This document shows, piece after piece, positions 50,650-64,000 of a stretch of 64,000 bases of DNA (position 1 is its first letter; every line of letters begins with the position of its first letter). The notes beneath the pieces are model-generated. The model was not told the origin of the DNA, ran no database searches, and saw only the letters and a list, made by a program, of their open reading frames with translations. Made by a program: the position numbers and the translations under genes. The DNA comes from Octopus vulgaris (taxonomy: Eukaryota): NCBI GenBank assembly GCA_951406725.2, contig OX597833.1, forward strand, positions 28,582,001 to 28,646,000. Direction: 5' to 3'.

Positions 50650-51560
50650 CAATGTAAGTGCGAAGTATGGAAGATACGACAGTGTTTATAGAATAGAAAA
50701 TCGGCACAAAGAATATCATTCCTGCAATTGTCTATCGTAGATTTTGTAGAATGCAGCATATCTTGCTACAGGAAACTTTTAATGCTTAGAAGATTGAACT
50801 CAGAGGGTACTATCACTTTAGCATCGCGTCTGAAATGACTACACAATTAAAGGAATTTTGTGAATTCGTGAATGTTAATGATTGCAATATGTTACGACAT
50901 GTAACTAAATGATTCTGTCTTTAGAAATAATACTAGTAAGTCTAGGTGAGGAAGAATGACCCACGGCACTCTGGGAGTGCTTTGAACATGAAGGAAATCC
51001 TTGTAAATTCTTGGAAATTTATGTTTCTTCCTCAATTACATGCTTCAGTCACTACCGGAAGCACTAGAAGACAGGCCATTCAATATAATTTCAATATTTA
51101 AGCCAATGGATGAACCGTATAGATAATTTGAATGACGAATAAAAGACTGTTTATTTTATTTATTTATTTTAATTTGCTTCAGGCAAGGGATTAGCCAGCT
51201 TAGCACTGAAGTATCTAAAAATGTGAAGCAGATTCATTGTTGTCTATGATAGAGCCATAAAGTACGAGTCCTAGCTGACAAGTGTGACATCTCTAAAGAT
51301 AGTTTTCATAATAAATTATCGAAACTTAGCCCAACACGTGCAACATCATTTTAAGAATGCTATGATGCAGTGAAGGCCTGTAACCGTCAAGATATTCATA
51401 CTCATGGATTATACGAAGAGTATCAGATGGTAGATAGTCATAAGTAAAGAACCTTATCTTAAATTAGTCAATAAGTCTGTGGTGTCTTTTACAAATCTGA
51501 AGACGTGTCTGATTATGTTTTCTGTTGTTCGGTATGATCAAATGCCCTTTGTAAATCGCA
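50650..51560 (+). mobile_element. Highly decayed hAT-type transposase remnant
   Basis: Manual translation gives QLKEFCEFVNVNDCNMLRHVTK (about 50844-50909, resembling the LRHxxTRW block) and FTNLK..DYVF..SNA near 51490-51545 (dimerisation-domain-like). Many stops. Confidence 0.45.
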
Positions 51561-51639
51561 TTTATGATTTGCTATTATTAATTATCAAGCACAGAAATAT
51601 GTGTAATGGATGATATTAAGGAATGCCAAATTCACGCTC

Positions 51640-52082
51640 CATGTTTCTCTCTCCTTCTGTCTGTCTGTCTGCCTAATTCCCCCCTCTCTCATATGTGTGT
51701 GTGTGTATACACATACATACATGCAAATATAGATGTGTGTGTATGTGTGTGTGTGTGTCTGTATGTGTGTAAAACACGTATGTAAAGATAGATTAGATAC
51801 ATACCATAGATATATATATATACACACATACATACACACTTATATGTATGGATGTATGTGTGAATGTGTGTGTGTCTGTCTATGTATGTATGTATGTATG
51901 TATGTATCTGTTTGTCTGTCTGTTGAAACCGACAGATGATGGTTTTGCACTTTGTTGCTGAAAAACCTGCACATATATATTATATGTAATATGTGTATGT
52001 GCGTGCGTGTGTGAATGTGTGTGTATGTATGTGTGTATACAAACATACATACATATACATGCATACATACATACATGCATAC

Positions 52083-52129
<47 letters not shown>

Positions 52130-52254
52130 CATACACCTGTCTCGTCTTTTGTTTTTCTGTAAGTTTCAACTATATATGTATGTGCATATACATACACACA
52201 CACACATATATATATATACACATGTACATATATATGTGAATGTATGTATGCATG

Positions 52255-52288
<34 letters not shown>

Positions 52289-52703
52289 CTTACGAACACA
52301 TGCATATATATGTGTGTATGTGTGTGTGTGCGTGTATGTGTGTGTGCGTATGTGTATGTGTGAGTGTGTGTGTGTGTGTGTGTGTGCGCGTATGTATGTG
52401 TGTGTGTGTGTGTGAGTGTGTGTGTGTGTTTCTGCATTCTAACACCAACCAGTCGTATTAACACATTGAGTTGCGATGTCAGTCGTACTTTAGGCATGTG
52501 TGATCGTTAAAGAAATGCTGCACTGTGTTCTGCTGTGTATTTGTATACAGCACGGTACCCCCGTTTTATCCTGTTCTACCCAATCTTTTCTTGATCTTTA
52601 TTTCTCAGCACCACTGTTTCGGTCTTCCTCTTTCCGTCTCATTTCCTTCTCTCTCTCTCCCTCTTCTTACTCTCTCTCCACATACACTTATAAACGTATG
52701 TTT

Positions 52704-52774
<71 letters not shown>

Positions 52775-52792
52775 GTTTGTCTAACCATCTAG

Positions 52793-52855
<63 letters not shown>

Positions 52856-54023
52856 CGCAGCAATGATGCATGCACTCACGCACGCTTGCATACGCGCGCG
52901 CGCACACACACACTCACACACACACTCACACATACACACACACATACACACACAATACAGGGCGCCGAATCATGTTTCCATCTCACCCCCCCCCCATCAT
53001 TCACAGGCCATCGTTTTGCAGCAGGCCTTCAGAAATGCTGAGGGGCGGACGTGTTAGGGGTGGGTGCGTGGCAGTAGGTGTGAGGGTGGATAAGAAACGT
53101 GATGCTGTTTTTGTTATTGTTGGTCAGGGTAGTGATGGTGGTACATACGATAAGAGTTAATGTTATTCGTGGTGATGCTGGCAGTGATGATGTTGATGAC
53201 TTTGTTGTTGTCGGGATTGTTGGTGTTGAGAGTAATTTTGTTGTTATTGGTGCTGATGGCTGCAATGGAGTTTGTGTTGTTATTGTTGGTGGTGTCCATG
53301 GTTGTAGTGGTGATAGTGGTGTTGATGATGATAATGGTGGTGTTGGTGGTGGTGATGGAGATGATGGTGGTGGTGATTATAGTTTTGTTGTTGTTGTTGT
53401 TGGTGGTGGTGTTTGTGTTGGCAGTGATGATAACGACCACGATGTGGATGACATCACTGTGGCCCGCCTCCTCGTGATCAGTCCCTCCTTGTTTCACCGT
53501 TGCAATTAACATTGACACCGTCACCAGCACCAGCGCCATCACAACTGCTACTAACAACAACAACAATAATAGCAACTAAGTCCACCACCACCACCACTAC
53601 CACTACCACAAACAACACAGCACCTCTACCAACCCACCTCCAAGCCATCACCACCAACAACAATAATCACGACGACAACTACGTCACCACCACCACCACC
53701 ACCACCACCACCAACACCAATACCAGCAGCAGCAGCAGCAACAACAACAATAACAACAACAACAAAACCACGTGCCAACTATGTAGTCACAATGTTGTCA
53801 CTTGTTCTGCCAGAAAAAGCAGCCAAATCTAATCTCACATCGCCCCACTGCTAAAATAAGGGGAAAATAAACATGCATTGATTGAATAATGTAGACCTTG
53901 ATACATAGTCTGAAAAATAAAAGACGAGAAGGTCACGGCTGGAACGCCTTCAATCAAGGTTGAGTGGCGCTAAACAAACAAGAGCAGTACCACCACCACC
54001 ACCACCACCACCACCACCACCAA

Positions 54024-54066
<43 letters not shown>

Positions 54067-54445
54067 GCCAAAACCAACATAACTACCACTACAACTACTA
54101 CTATTACCACAACCACCACTGCTATCATCACCACTACCACCTTCACCCCAGCGCACCTACTATTTCCACGTCACTCCTCTCACCGCTCCCTCTCCCACAA
54201 TATAACACCACCCTACCTCCCAATACTACTAAAATAGCACTATTGCAACACTACATCGCAATCACCACAACCACTACAAACACACCACCACCATACTCAT
54301 CATTACAACACCCCAGCTTGTACACCGCCACCATCATTGGAGTCACGCCTAAATTTTAGATAACAGTACCATTTAGTGTCAACAACAGTAGTAGTAGTAG
54401 TATCAGTAGCAGAGGAGTAGTAGTAGTTGCAGCCGCAGCAGCAAC

Positions 54446-54492
<47 letters not shown>

Positions 54493-55300
54493 CAGCAGCA
54501 GCAGCAGAAATAGTAGCAGTAGTAGTAATTGCTGCTGCTGCTGAGAGCAACAGCAGAAGTAACAGTAGCGCCACCGTCCGTAAACAATGGAAAACAGTCA
54601 ACAGATCGATAAGACGAGTAATGGCTGGCAGTGATCTCAGCTGAATGGAATTTGTTACTGAATGAACTGAATCCGTCGTCGCCGCCGCCGCCGCTGCCAC
54701 AACCACCACCACTAACAACAACAACGGCAACAAAATCATCGTCACCACTACCACTATCACCACCGTCACCGTCACCGTCAACGCCACCACAACCACCACC
54801 ACCAACGACGACAACAACTTTACTAAACACTGCCAACAGCGCCAGCACCAACATTGCACATGCATCACTAATGAATCACCACCAAAACTGCACCAGCATG
54901 TTTGTTGCAGCACCACTAAAACTGCACAACCAGCAACACTGCATTACTGTCATTGAACTTTCTGCACTGCTTTACCTACCAACAGTACTGTACCACCACC
55001 ACCACCACCTTCACCCTCAGCACCACCAGCACCGCCAGCAGCAGCAGCACCACCACCACCACCACCACCGCCACCACACTATCACCACCAGCACCACCAC
55101 CAAATACCACTAGCACCACCAGCACCGCCAGCTGCAGCAGCAGCACCACCACCAGCACCACCACCGCTACCACTAGCACCACCACCACTACTACCACCAG
55201 TATCAGCACCACCACCGCCACCACCAGTACTACTAATCCCAGCACCACTACAGTACCACCACTACAAACATCATCACGCCATTTACAACTACTACTGCAC
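51640..55300. repeat. Extended simple-repeat region: (TG)n, (TA)n, (TCTA)n, (ACC)n, (TAC)n, (GTA)n, (CAG)n
   Basis: Directly visible; the ORFs here are homopolymeric runs in several frames on both strands. Confidence 0.9.
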
Positions 55301-56503
55301 TGGGATTGTGATGCGATATACTACGATATAGGAAAGTACACTACGCTATATTATAAAGTGTTCACTATGCCACAACAAATCAAGCGAGGGAGCTTCAACG
55401 TGGTCTCTCGACATCCTATAAATAATAACCAGAAACCCCGTCAAATCAACCTTGCCGTCGCGAAAAATGACATGCGGTATAATGTGAGTTTGGGGCTCCC
55501 TGAGCATAAGAAAAAGGCGGGAATAGGTTTTATCATGAGCCTGCTAAAATCAGGATTGACTTGCTGCATAACTATAGCAACAATAACGCCAACAATTACG
55601 CGAGCACGAACCAACGAGAGAACGTCTATTTAGCCGTTAGACATTTAAAAATAGTAGTCAAACTTTCCCTCAAATACGATCGATCCCACTTCATTGGGAA
55701 AGAATTTGACACATTTGATGTGACGTAATGGAATGACGTAATGTTCACGATTGGAAAACTTTTGTCCATAGGCCTGATTCCTTTCGGCTGGCTACACTCT
55801 ACTGTTACACTCGTATTTCAATACCTTACGTCCTTTTCCAATGCGTGCCACACTGAATAAGGCACTAATAGTGCTATGGCACACTCAGCTTTTTAACAGT
55901 TTTATTGTATCTTTTTTAGTCATTTAGTCTCTGGCCATGCTGGGGCACCGCTTTTAAGAACTTTTAGTCGCATGAATGAACCCCAGTACTTATTTCTTTA
56001 AAGCCTTGTACTTATTCTATCAGTCTCTTTTTGCTACACACACGACATGCTTCTATCAGTTTCTGTCGACGAAATCCTCTCACAAGACACTTGCCCAAGG
56101 TGTTGCGCAGTGAGACTGAACCTGAAACCATGTGGCTGGGAAGCAAACTTCTTACCACATAGTCACGTTCCCCACCAAAGGAAAACGATTATTAGAATTC
56201 TTTTAAAACAAATAGGTTCATGCGTTGCCCTTTACCACCAAGAACTATTCAGGCACTGTTGTTATGCACTAAAAACACACGATTTTTCTATCTTGGCGTT
56301 TTAATCTGGCCTCAACAACTTGTGGCACCAGATCGGGCCATACAGAGATTGAAGACCTCTGTACTAGGTCATTTCTCAGTACTATATTCTACTATATAGG
56401 ATAACGAATTGATTGTTAGTTATAAAGGCTCCTTCTGATTAAGTCATTCGGAGTGGTGTATCGGAGAAATGAATCCGTACTACTGATTTCTTCCGTAAAA
56501 TAG

Positions 56504-56617
56504 GGTCAATGGCCGCCCGTCGGAGAAATGAGCTCCGCGAGGTAGAGTGGCTGCTGGCTATTCTTCGCAGCAATGCCATCACGGTCATTACTGTGGCCGA
56601 GCGCACCATTTTCTGGG
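56504..56617 (+). CDS. Candidate isolated coding exon (unknown gene)
   Basis: GC/CpG-rich 114-nt block bounded by tttcttccgtaaaatag| and |GTATGT (alternative GTAAGT 4 nt later). One open frame, phase 1-1: SMAARRRNELREVEWLLAILRSNAITVITVAERTIFW. Confidence 0.3.
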
Positions 56618-57289
56618 GTATGTAAGTACCCTCAAAATTGCTGGCCTTGTACCAAAATTTGAAATCAATACATTTCGTGATGGTGGTGGTGGTGGTAGAG
56701 AGGGATATCACTACATTAAGTAAGTTTAACTCAAAGTATATATATATACAAAAATACGCAACACTTTCAGAACATTCCTACAATTTGTAATTTCCCAGAT
56801 GGAGTACCACAAGAACCTGTCTTTTCATGTACCTTTTTTTCAATACATAATTAAATGGTCTTTCATATCTGCTCAAAACATACATTTGAACTCATACTGA
56901 GATAACATCACATTTGCAAGCTACTACTATTCTCCAGACATAGATGCAAATAACAACAGCCCTACATAAATCCCCTAGAAACATAACTAAGAAAAAAAAC
57001 AAGAAAAAATTGCACCAACCAAAACATACTGTTCCTTTTCTTTTTCTTTTTGAACCCCAGAGAACATCAAACAGAAACCAACCAGCACAAACACAGAAGA
57101 CAGAACTAGGAAGGATCTACAGCTCAGTTACAGTGCATCTCATATGATTCATTACAGCACGTCGGAAGTGTGCTGCATATTAAACAGCTGGATGGTAGCA
57201 TGCTATAGCCGAAACAACATGCCTGTAGTGGTTTGTCGGATATGTGCCATAGGACTGCTTCATTGCAGCTAATCAGTGGCTGCATAAAA

Positions 57290-57630
57290 TCACCGAGGTC
57301 GACTTTGCCTTTCATCTTTTCGGGGTCGATTAAATAAGTACCAGTTAATCACTGGGGTCGATGTAATCGACTTAAACCCCTTGTCTGTCCTTGTTTGTCC
57401 CCTCTATGTTTAGCCCCTTGTGGGCAATAAAGAAATAAATACTGGGCAAAATGCTTCTCGCAATTTCGTCCATTTTCATGTTTTGGGTCCAAATTCCGCA
57501 GAGGTCCACCTTGCCTGTCATCCCTTCGAGGTCGTAAAAATACTTACCAGTTGAATACTAGAATCGATGTAATCGACTTACCATCTCCCCGGAAATTGCT
57601 GTACATATGCCAAAATTTGGAATCAGTATT
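57290..57630 (+). mobile_element. Two adjacent partial SINE copies
   Basis: gaggtcgactttgcctttcatc...aagtaccagtt...ctggggtcgatgtaatcgactta occurs twice, the second copy more diverged. Confidence 0.7.
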
Positions 57631-58004
57631 TCTAATTCTTTCCACAATGATCCTTGATGCCGCTATTTCGTACAACGAAAGCGTGTCTATATGGACGAAG
57701 GCATGGAATAGTACTGAATACGGTTGTTCACACAAATGACAGACTACAATCTTTTAACGCTCGCTTCTACTCTTTAATACATCTATTGACTGTATGTTGG
57801 TATAAAACTGGTTTGTTTCTGTTTCTGTCGTTTATCTTTTAGCTAATGTCAATCAAGCAGACCTGAGCAAAAACGCGCTTCAGCCTGATCATCCAGTCTT
57901 TTATGCTTTTTTCCCCCTCCCAGTCACAATCTAATATGTCCTTTTAAAAAAAGACTACAAAGAGGGGGAAAATTTGAATGCTATTTGTAACAGATCGACT
58001 ATAA

Positions 58005-58335
58005 GGTGATATGGCTCAGTGGTTAGAACATCGGGCTCACAATCATGAGGTAGTGAGTTCGATTCCCCGGCTGGGTTGAGTGTTGTGTTCTTGAGTAAGA
58101 CACTTTATTTTACGTTGCTCTAGTTCACTCATCTGTAGAAATGACTGACAACGTCTTTGCTGCCGATCTCTTTCGGCTTTTGCCTTTCCCTTGGATAACA
58201 GTGGCACGGAGAGGAGAGACTGTTATACATAGGCGATTGCTGGTCTTCCACAACCAACCTTGCCCGGACTTGTACCTCGGAGGGTAACTTTCTTGGTGCA
58301 ATCCCATGGTCATTCATGACCGAATGTGGTCTTTA
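58005..58335 (+). mobile_element. tRNA-derived SINE
   Basis: tggctcagtggttagaaca (A box), gagttcgattcc (B box), then the body shared with 6368-6605. Confidence 0.75.
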
Positions 58336-58909
58336 CTCTTTTACGATAACTCATTCCAGTACAGTTGTGGGATACTGTATTGTGCAAAACAATGACAATA
58401 CTGTATAGAGTTACATTGTAGTGGCACAAAACACTTGTAGGGTGCTCTGCTGTGGTACTATACAATGATACATCAGAGTGATATGGCAGTGCAGTACAGT
58501 TGTCGTATTCTGTAGTGTAGTGTAATGCAATGGTACAATATAGTACAGTGGGACATTGTAGTGGTACAGTGTTAGTGGTTGTTGTTGATGTTGATACTGT
58601 TGTTAAGTCCATGTCGGACCTGATCGAACAGACACATAGCCAAATGCGTTCCAGCCATGACCATCCTGTCATTTTGTGTATCTAAGACATTTGTGTCCAA
58701 CGTGTCTTTTATTTTTAAGACTACAAGGTGCTTTTGAGAGAAATACAGGGAATGTTGCCACTGCTGCGACTGCTGCCACTGTTGTTTAACTCTAGGTTAG
58801 CCCTGATCGAGCAGACCTACGACAAAAAGAATTCTAATCAGGGCATCACGACTTTATAAAAATTTCAGGCTAAGTATACTCTTGATTACGTTATTCAAAG
58901 TGTCATTAA

Positions 58910-59124
58910 GGCGGCGAGCTGGCAGAATCATTAGCCTGCCGGGCAAAATGCTTAGCAGCATTTCGTCCGTCTTTAAGCTCTGAGTTCAAATTCCGCCGAG
59001 GTCAACTTTGCCTTTCATCTTCCCGGAGTCGATAAAATAAATGCCAATTGGACACTGGGGTCTATGTAATCGACTTACCGCCTTCCCCGAGATTACTGGT
59101 CTTTTGCTAAAATTTGAAACAATT
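58910..59124 (+). mobile_element. SINE copy (GGCGGCGAGCTGGCAGAA head)
   Basis: Full head and core as in 5666-5890. Confidence 0.8.
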
Positions 59125-59132
59125 ATTTCAGG

Positions 59133-59315
59133 CCGTGGTACTCAACCGGAGTTCAATATCACCCTTGGGGTCCATATAAGATTTAGCTGTTAACATTTAT
59201 CTGCAATAAATTGGTTATACTTCTACAACACACAAAATATCTTAACAGCTTTTTAAACAATTTCTAATAAATAATCAAAGGAGTCCATAGGTAAAAAAAT
59301 GGTTGAGAACCACTG
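59133..59315. mobile_element. hAT-type MITE
   Basis: TIRs ccgtggtactcaacc / ggttgagaaccactg; degenerate 8-bp TSD atttcagg/atttaaag. Confidence 0.65.
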
Positions 59316-59796
59316 ATTTAAAGTGTCCTTTGCATTTCAAGATATAAGAGTGTGATTTGAATGAAAATTAACCTCTATTTCTAGCTGGCCACACGACCAC
59401 ATACAGGCTCGCTGTTGGTTCATTTTATGCATAGTTGTTTAGTCCAAGATCATACTTCATTCAACAGACTTACGGTCAAAGTAGTTTCAGTTGTGACTAT
59501 CTTGTTTTTGTTTCAGGTACAATGCATAATGTATTCGTAACTACATTATTCTAGGTTCTGTCTCCTACATTCAGTATGTGATTTAAGGGAGATTTGGCTG
59601 CTATTTCAAGCACAGCTCGCTATACACTATATTCTAAACACTACACTCTGTGACCTCTATGCACTGCATTCTGTACACAACATATTGTATTCTTTGCACC
59701 ACACTGTACAATGTGCATAATATACACTACCACTCAGTTACCACTCTTTCTTTATATCGCTCTTCTACTAAAACTCACTTTCTCTCTTTCTCATAA

Positions 59797-59942
<146 letters not shown>

Positions 59943-59964
59943 GTTTTGCTGGCACACCTTAGAC

Positions 59965-60461
59965 CAGGGGTGGGGAAACGCCCGCGGGCGCAACTGCGCC
60001 CGCGAGCTTATTTTATTACGTCCGCAGGCTGCTATACTCGTTTGTATAAAATATAGTAAATTTTTCAATTATAAAATTTATACAATAGCCGTATGCTTAT
60101 TTGCGACATAGATCCGTGTTTCCACTACGACTTAAAACAGTTAGACTCGAACAGAAAATCGTCCGGTAATTGCCATTTGAATGGAAATTTTATTTTCACT
60201 ATAAAACACATATTGCTAAGTTTGTACCACCTCCTTGAGACCCAACTACACTCTAGCTGAAAAATTTAGAATACTTCATAAGTAATATAAACGCCTTGAA
60301 TTCATTGGCAGCGTTAATGAAGATATTACGCGTTAATTTTATGTTTTAATTAATGTATATAGAATTATACATAGATATAAGAGTTAGAACTTGTGATCCG
60401 TCCTCGGACCTTTTTGTTTGGAAATTTTTGCCCGCCTCACTAAAAAGTTTCCCCACACCTG
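59965..60461. mobile_element. hAT (Charlie-like) non-autonomous element
   Basis: TIRs caggggtggggaaac / gtttccccacacctg; 8-bp TSD ccttagac/ccctagac. Confidence 0.85.
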
Positions 60462-60564
60462 CCCTAGACAAATTAACCATGAAGTCAGATTTGTCCATCA
60501 TGAGATCACTTCCGAGAACGTATGATCGGTCTGCCTCGTATAATATATCAAAACTTTTAAAATG

Positions 60565-60605
<41 letters not shown>

Positions 60606-60949
60606 TATATATTATATCGTTTATCTTTTAAATATCAAATATCTCTTATCTTTTACTTGATCCAGTTATTGAACTTTGGCTGGGGCATCATCTTGAAACA
60701 AATTGACCCCGATAATTATTTTTTAAGTTTGGTACTTATTCTAACGATTCCTTGTGCTGAATTGCTAAGTTACAGAACCTAAACAAACCATCACCGGTTT
60801 CAAGCGATGCACAGTGTGTGTCAGTGTTTTGAGTTCATTTGTATGAATTTAGAATAAGGCGCATAGCTCATCAAAGAAAAACTGTGTTTGAAAACAATTA
60901 GTACAAATAATCTTGAGAATCCTTTTATCACACCTATTCAATAAATCCA

Positions 60950-61900
60950 GCAATAGTATCAATAGCTACTGAGGTCCGAAGCGTTGACGTGCCCGAATCG
61001 GATGATCATTATCAATTTTGGACTTAAGTCTGGTTATGGTAGACTTGAGAGATTCTGTGATGTTATAGGGGTTGATTAACCTCTCTCTCGACTAGGCCCC
61101 ATACGTAATAGTCCAGTGGATTGAGGTCTGTTGAGCTAGTAAGCAATGCATCTGGGAGAACATGATCATGGAGACTGACATGCATCTACGCCTTATGAGA
61201 GAGCACAAAGTCTTGGAAGACGTACGGTCTTCCGTTGCGTATTGTCTATCCAGGGATTCACAGCTTTCTACATCACCACTGTGTAGACAGCGCCTCTGAC
61301 TCTTAAGCTCTGTGAAAAAAGTGAGGAGGCATGACAAATCCCTCGTTGCTGACGACTCCCAGAGCCATCACACTTAGTATGCATGCCCTTGGAACCTAAT
61401 TCGGGTTTCTGCATAACCATCTATTATTCCTTCTGTTCACCTTTTGGTCCTGATCGAAGCTTTTCTCATTGGAGAAAAAATTGAAGTACTCCAGCCCCTT
61501 GGTGTCTTAACTTGTTTAGCAAGCACTTTGTACGGATCGAACGATTCTCTCTTGTCATATCCGGCATACACAGTCTCCTCCGTATCACATACGACTTGTA
61601 TCGAATCTCCCCATGATGGTGCATTCTGAAACCTTGAGATCCTTTGTGATGATTCTGATTGGTTCTTTTGGGTTTTCGTCTGTTATTTGTTGGACTTTTG
61701 GTACAAAATTATATATTCTGATTATATTAGGACCTTATGCAAGCGTTTTGCGTTTAGCTGCTGTCAGCAGCTTCCAACTTCTTTCCAACTTTGACAACGA
61801 AGGATCGAGCGAGGTATCTGCTTCTCTATACACATTAGCGAATCGCCAAATCATCCATTAATTTGGATGACAAAAATATATATACTGATAGAGAAGCTAG
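60950..61900 (-). mobile_element. Decayed Tc1/mariner transposase, maT/DD37D-like
   Basis: Manual minus-strand translation: KDLKVSECTI, IRYKSYV, FFSNEKSFDQDQKVNRRNNRWL, VMALGVVSNEGFVMPPHFF, DLNPLDYYVWGLVE; frameshifts between blocks. Confidence 0.8.
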
Positions 61901-62864
61901 TCCGGAGGGAGCCGAGATCGAGTGGGCTTAACTGATGAGGCAAAGAAAATTGCCGAAACTTCTCGGACGAATCAGGTCCCTGTTAGTGTATGTCTTCATT
62001 CATGTGCGTTAACTACAGCATTAGAACATTTTAGCTCTTATTTCTAACAATGTAGGTGTTTCTTAACACGCTAGTCACATTTAGTGACAATTATAAATCT
62101 CCTTTTCGGTGAAATATTGCAACCTACTGTTTATATTAATTATGTGTGTGTGTGTGGCTTTGTGTTTGTGTTGTCCCCACCATCACTTAACTGATGCTGC
62201 AGTGTTTACGTCCTCGTAATTTACCGGTTCGGGAAAAGATACTGATAGAATAAGTACCAGGCTAAACAAAATAAGTACCGAGGTCGATACATTCGAGGAA
62301 AAATTCTTCAAGTGTACCCCAGCTTGGCCGCACTCTGATGACTGAAGCAAGTAAAAGATAAAAGATATGTGTGTATGCGTGTGTGTGTGTGTGCTCACGC
62401 GCCTGTGTGTGGATGACTACACAAAGGGGTTAAGGTTCACTACAGCTGTTTCATTCTTCAATAAAAAACACGTCTGAAACAGCTGTAGTGAACCTCAACC
62501 CATTTATTTTATTATTTATACTACTCCACATCCGGAACCTTCTCTCGTTGGATCTTGAGCCTATAGTGGTCCTTGGACTGCATGCTGGAGTATACTCTTG
62601 TGTGATTTTAGGTATACGTTGAGTGTATTTGGTCTGTACATGAAGATGTATGAATAACTTGAAAAATAAATCCGAATATACTCGAGTAAATATGCCAGTG
62701 TCTGTACATACTGAGGATAACGGTATGCTCTCCTTGACTCTATCTTGGTGTCCTTATTATTAAAATACATCGATTCTATTGGATCCTGCAAATAAGTATG
62801 TATGTAAAAAAGAAAAAAAGAAAAATAAATACGATAAAATGTTTATTACTTCTGCCAAATGCAC

Positions 62865-63063
62865 CTGTTCATGCATATTTTATGGTGTTTCTCCTGGTCA
62901 AAGGGTTGCCACCCAGAGGACGTGATGTTCAGGGCAGATTGACGATTCTTCAAATCTTCCTGTGGACGACAATAGGAGGTCCTGTATGTGGTTCTAAAGT
63001 TATCCAACCGGCTCTGAAAGTCGTTTACTGGTTTATGACCAGGGTAGGCAGTTGTATAGTGAC
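62865..63063 (-). CDS. Candidate coding exon of an unidentified minus-strand gene
   Basis: Acceptor ttgtttcactcag|GT and donor AACAG|GTGCAT; single open frame HYTTAYPGHKPVNDFQSRLDNFRTTYRTSYCRP...; a further acceptor (cttatttgcag|GAT) lies 79 nt downstream. Confidence 0.35.
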
Positions 63064-63373
63064 CTGAGTGAAACAATAATGAATGATAAATAAGACTGAG
63101 TTATTGTTCAATGTATATGTTTGCATTGCCATCTCTAGGCATAACTGCCTAGCAGTTGAATATTCTCGCTGTTAGTTTATTTCGCTAGCTACTCACCCAC
63201 CCGCCTACTCATCCATCCATCCATCCATCCATCCATCCATCCATCCATTTGCTTGTTTGTCCATCTGTTTGTCTATCCGTCTATGTGTTTATCTATCTGC
63301 CTGCCTGCCTGCCTAGTTGTCCCTGTGTCCGTCAGTCAGTTCGTTCGCCTGTCCGTCCGTCCGTTCCTCTATC

Positions 63374-63456
<83 letters not shown>

Positions 63457-64000
63457 TGTTCTCCAGTGGCGTTTTAGATTAGCATGGAAATGGAATACAT
63501 TGTTTTTTTTTTATGCAAAAGAAGAAAGAGTTAGCTAATATTTCGATCGTACGTTGAGCTATCTTCAGAGCAGTGTAGTAAAAATGGAGTAAATATTAGC
63601 GGACGTATCAATTAAAATGTTGCTAAAAGAAAACAAATGAATGTTTGATATGAACGAAAAATGGGTGGTCAAATGACTGGATGATTTCAGACTGTTTTAG
63701 GAGAAGCAGTTATAACTGCCTTAGATTATTGTAGTTTTAGTATATCATCACCATTACGTCTAATAAGCTAGCCTAACAACTTTTGTTATTCCAGATTAGA
63801 TGAGACAGCTGTAACAGCACTTTGAACACACCCTACTAAACATTGCTCGTCACAATGAGCAGAACGCAGTCGGGAGAAGACAGTTTGGAAGCTCGCTGTG
63901 CAATTAAGTTTTGTTTTAAACTTGGTAAAAACGCTACGAGAACTTATGAAATACTCCATACTACTTATGGATTAACTTGTATGAGCCTGTTTTCGCTGGC

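Noticed and set aside
51585-55633. Many long ORFs (poly-T, H, Y, V, S)
   Set aside because: They are translations of di- and trinucleotide microsatellites, open in several frames on both strands, with no domain signal.
58005-58080. tRNA gene
   Set aside because: A and B boxes are present but there is no proper acceptor stem, and it continues into a SINE body found elsewhere in the window.
63532-63575. Minus-strand CTGAAGA...GAAA-TA-TT hammerhead
   Set aside because: Stem II does not pair convincingly; too degenerate to call.

Overview
AT-rich, microsatellite-dense eukaryotic DNA. The SINE/LINE repertoire resembles an octopus-like cephalopod genome (inference). One confident protein-coding gene is present: a two-exon hnRNP A/B-family gene (13054-13257 + 22017-22811, about 332 aa, two RRMs, Gly-rich tail, M9-type PY-NLS) whose stop codon abuts a 5' splice site. 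There is one intact tRNA-Val(CAC) gene (33632-33704, minus). The rest is mostly mobile DNA: a near-full-length RTE LINE, truncated RTEs with a PHD-like insert, a Penelope-like element with an inverted pseudo-LTR, mariner/maT/hAT remnants, hAT MITEs, Helitron-like ends, many SINEs, and a 2.2 kb long-TIR foldback element upstream of the hnRNP gene. The most interesting signal is non-coding: a cluster of type I hammerhead-ribozyme motifs of different sequence between 35 and 50 kb, mostly in short ORF-less units beside (TA)n tracts, including a 273-bp inverted duplication with one hammerhead on each strand. All calls are by eye; no alignments, folding or database searches were run.
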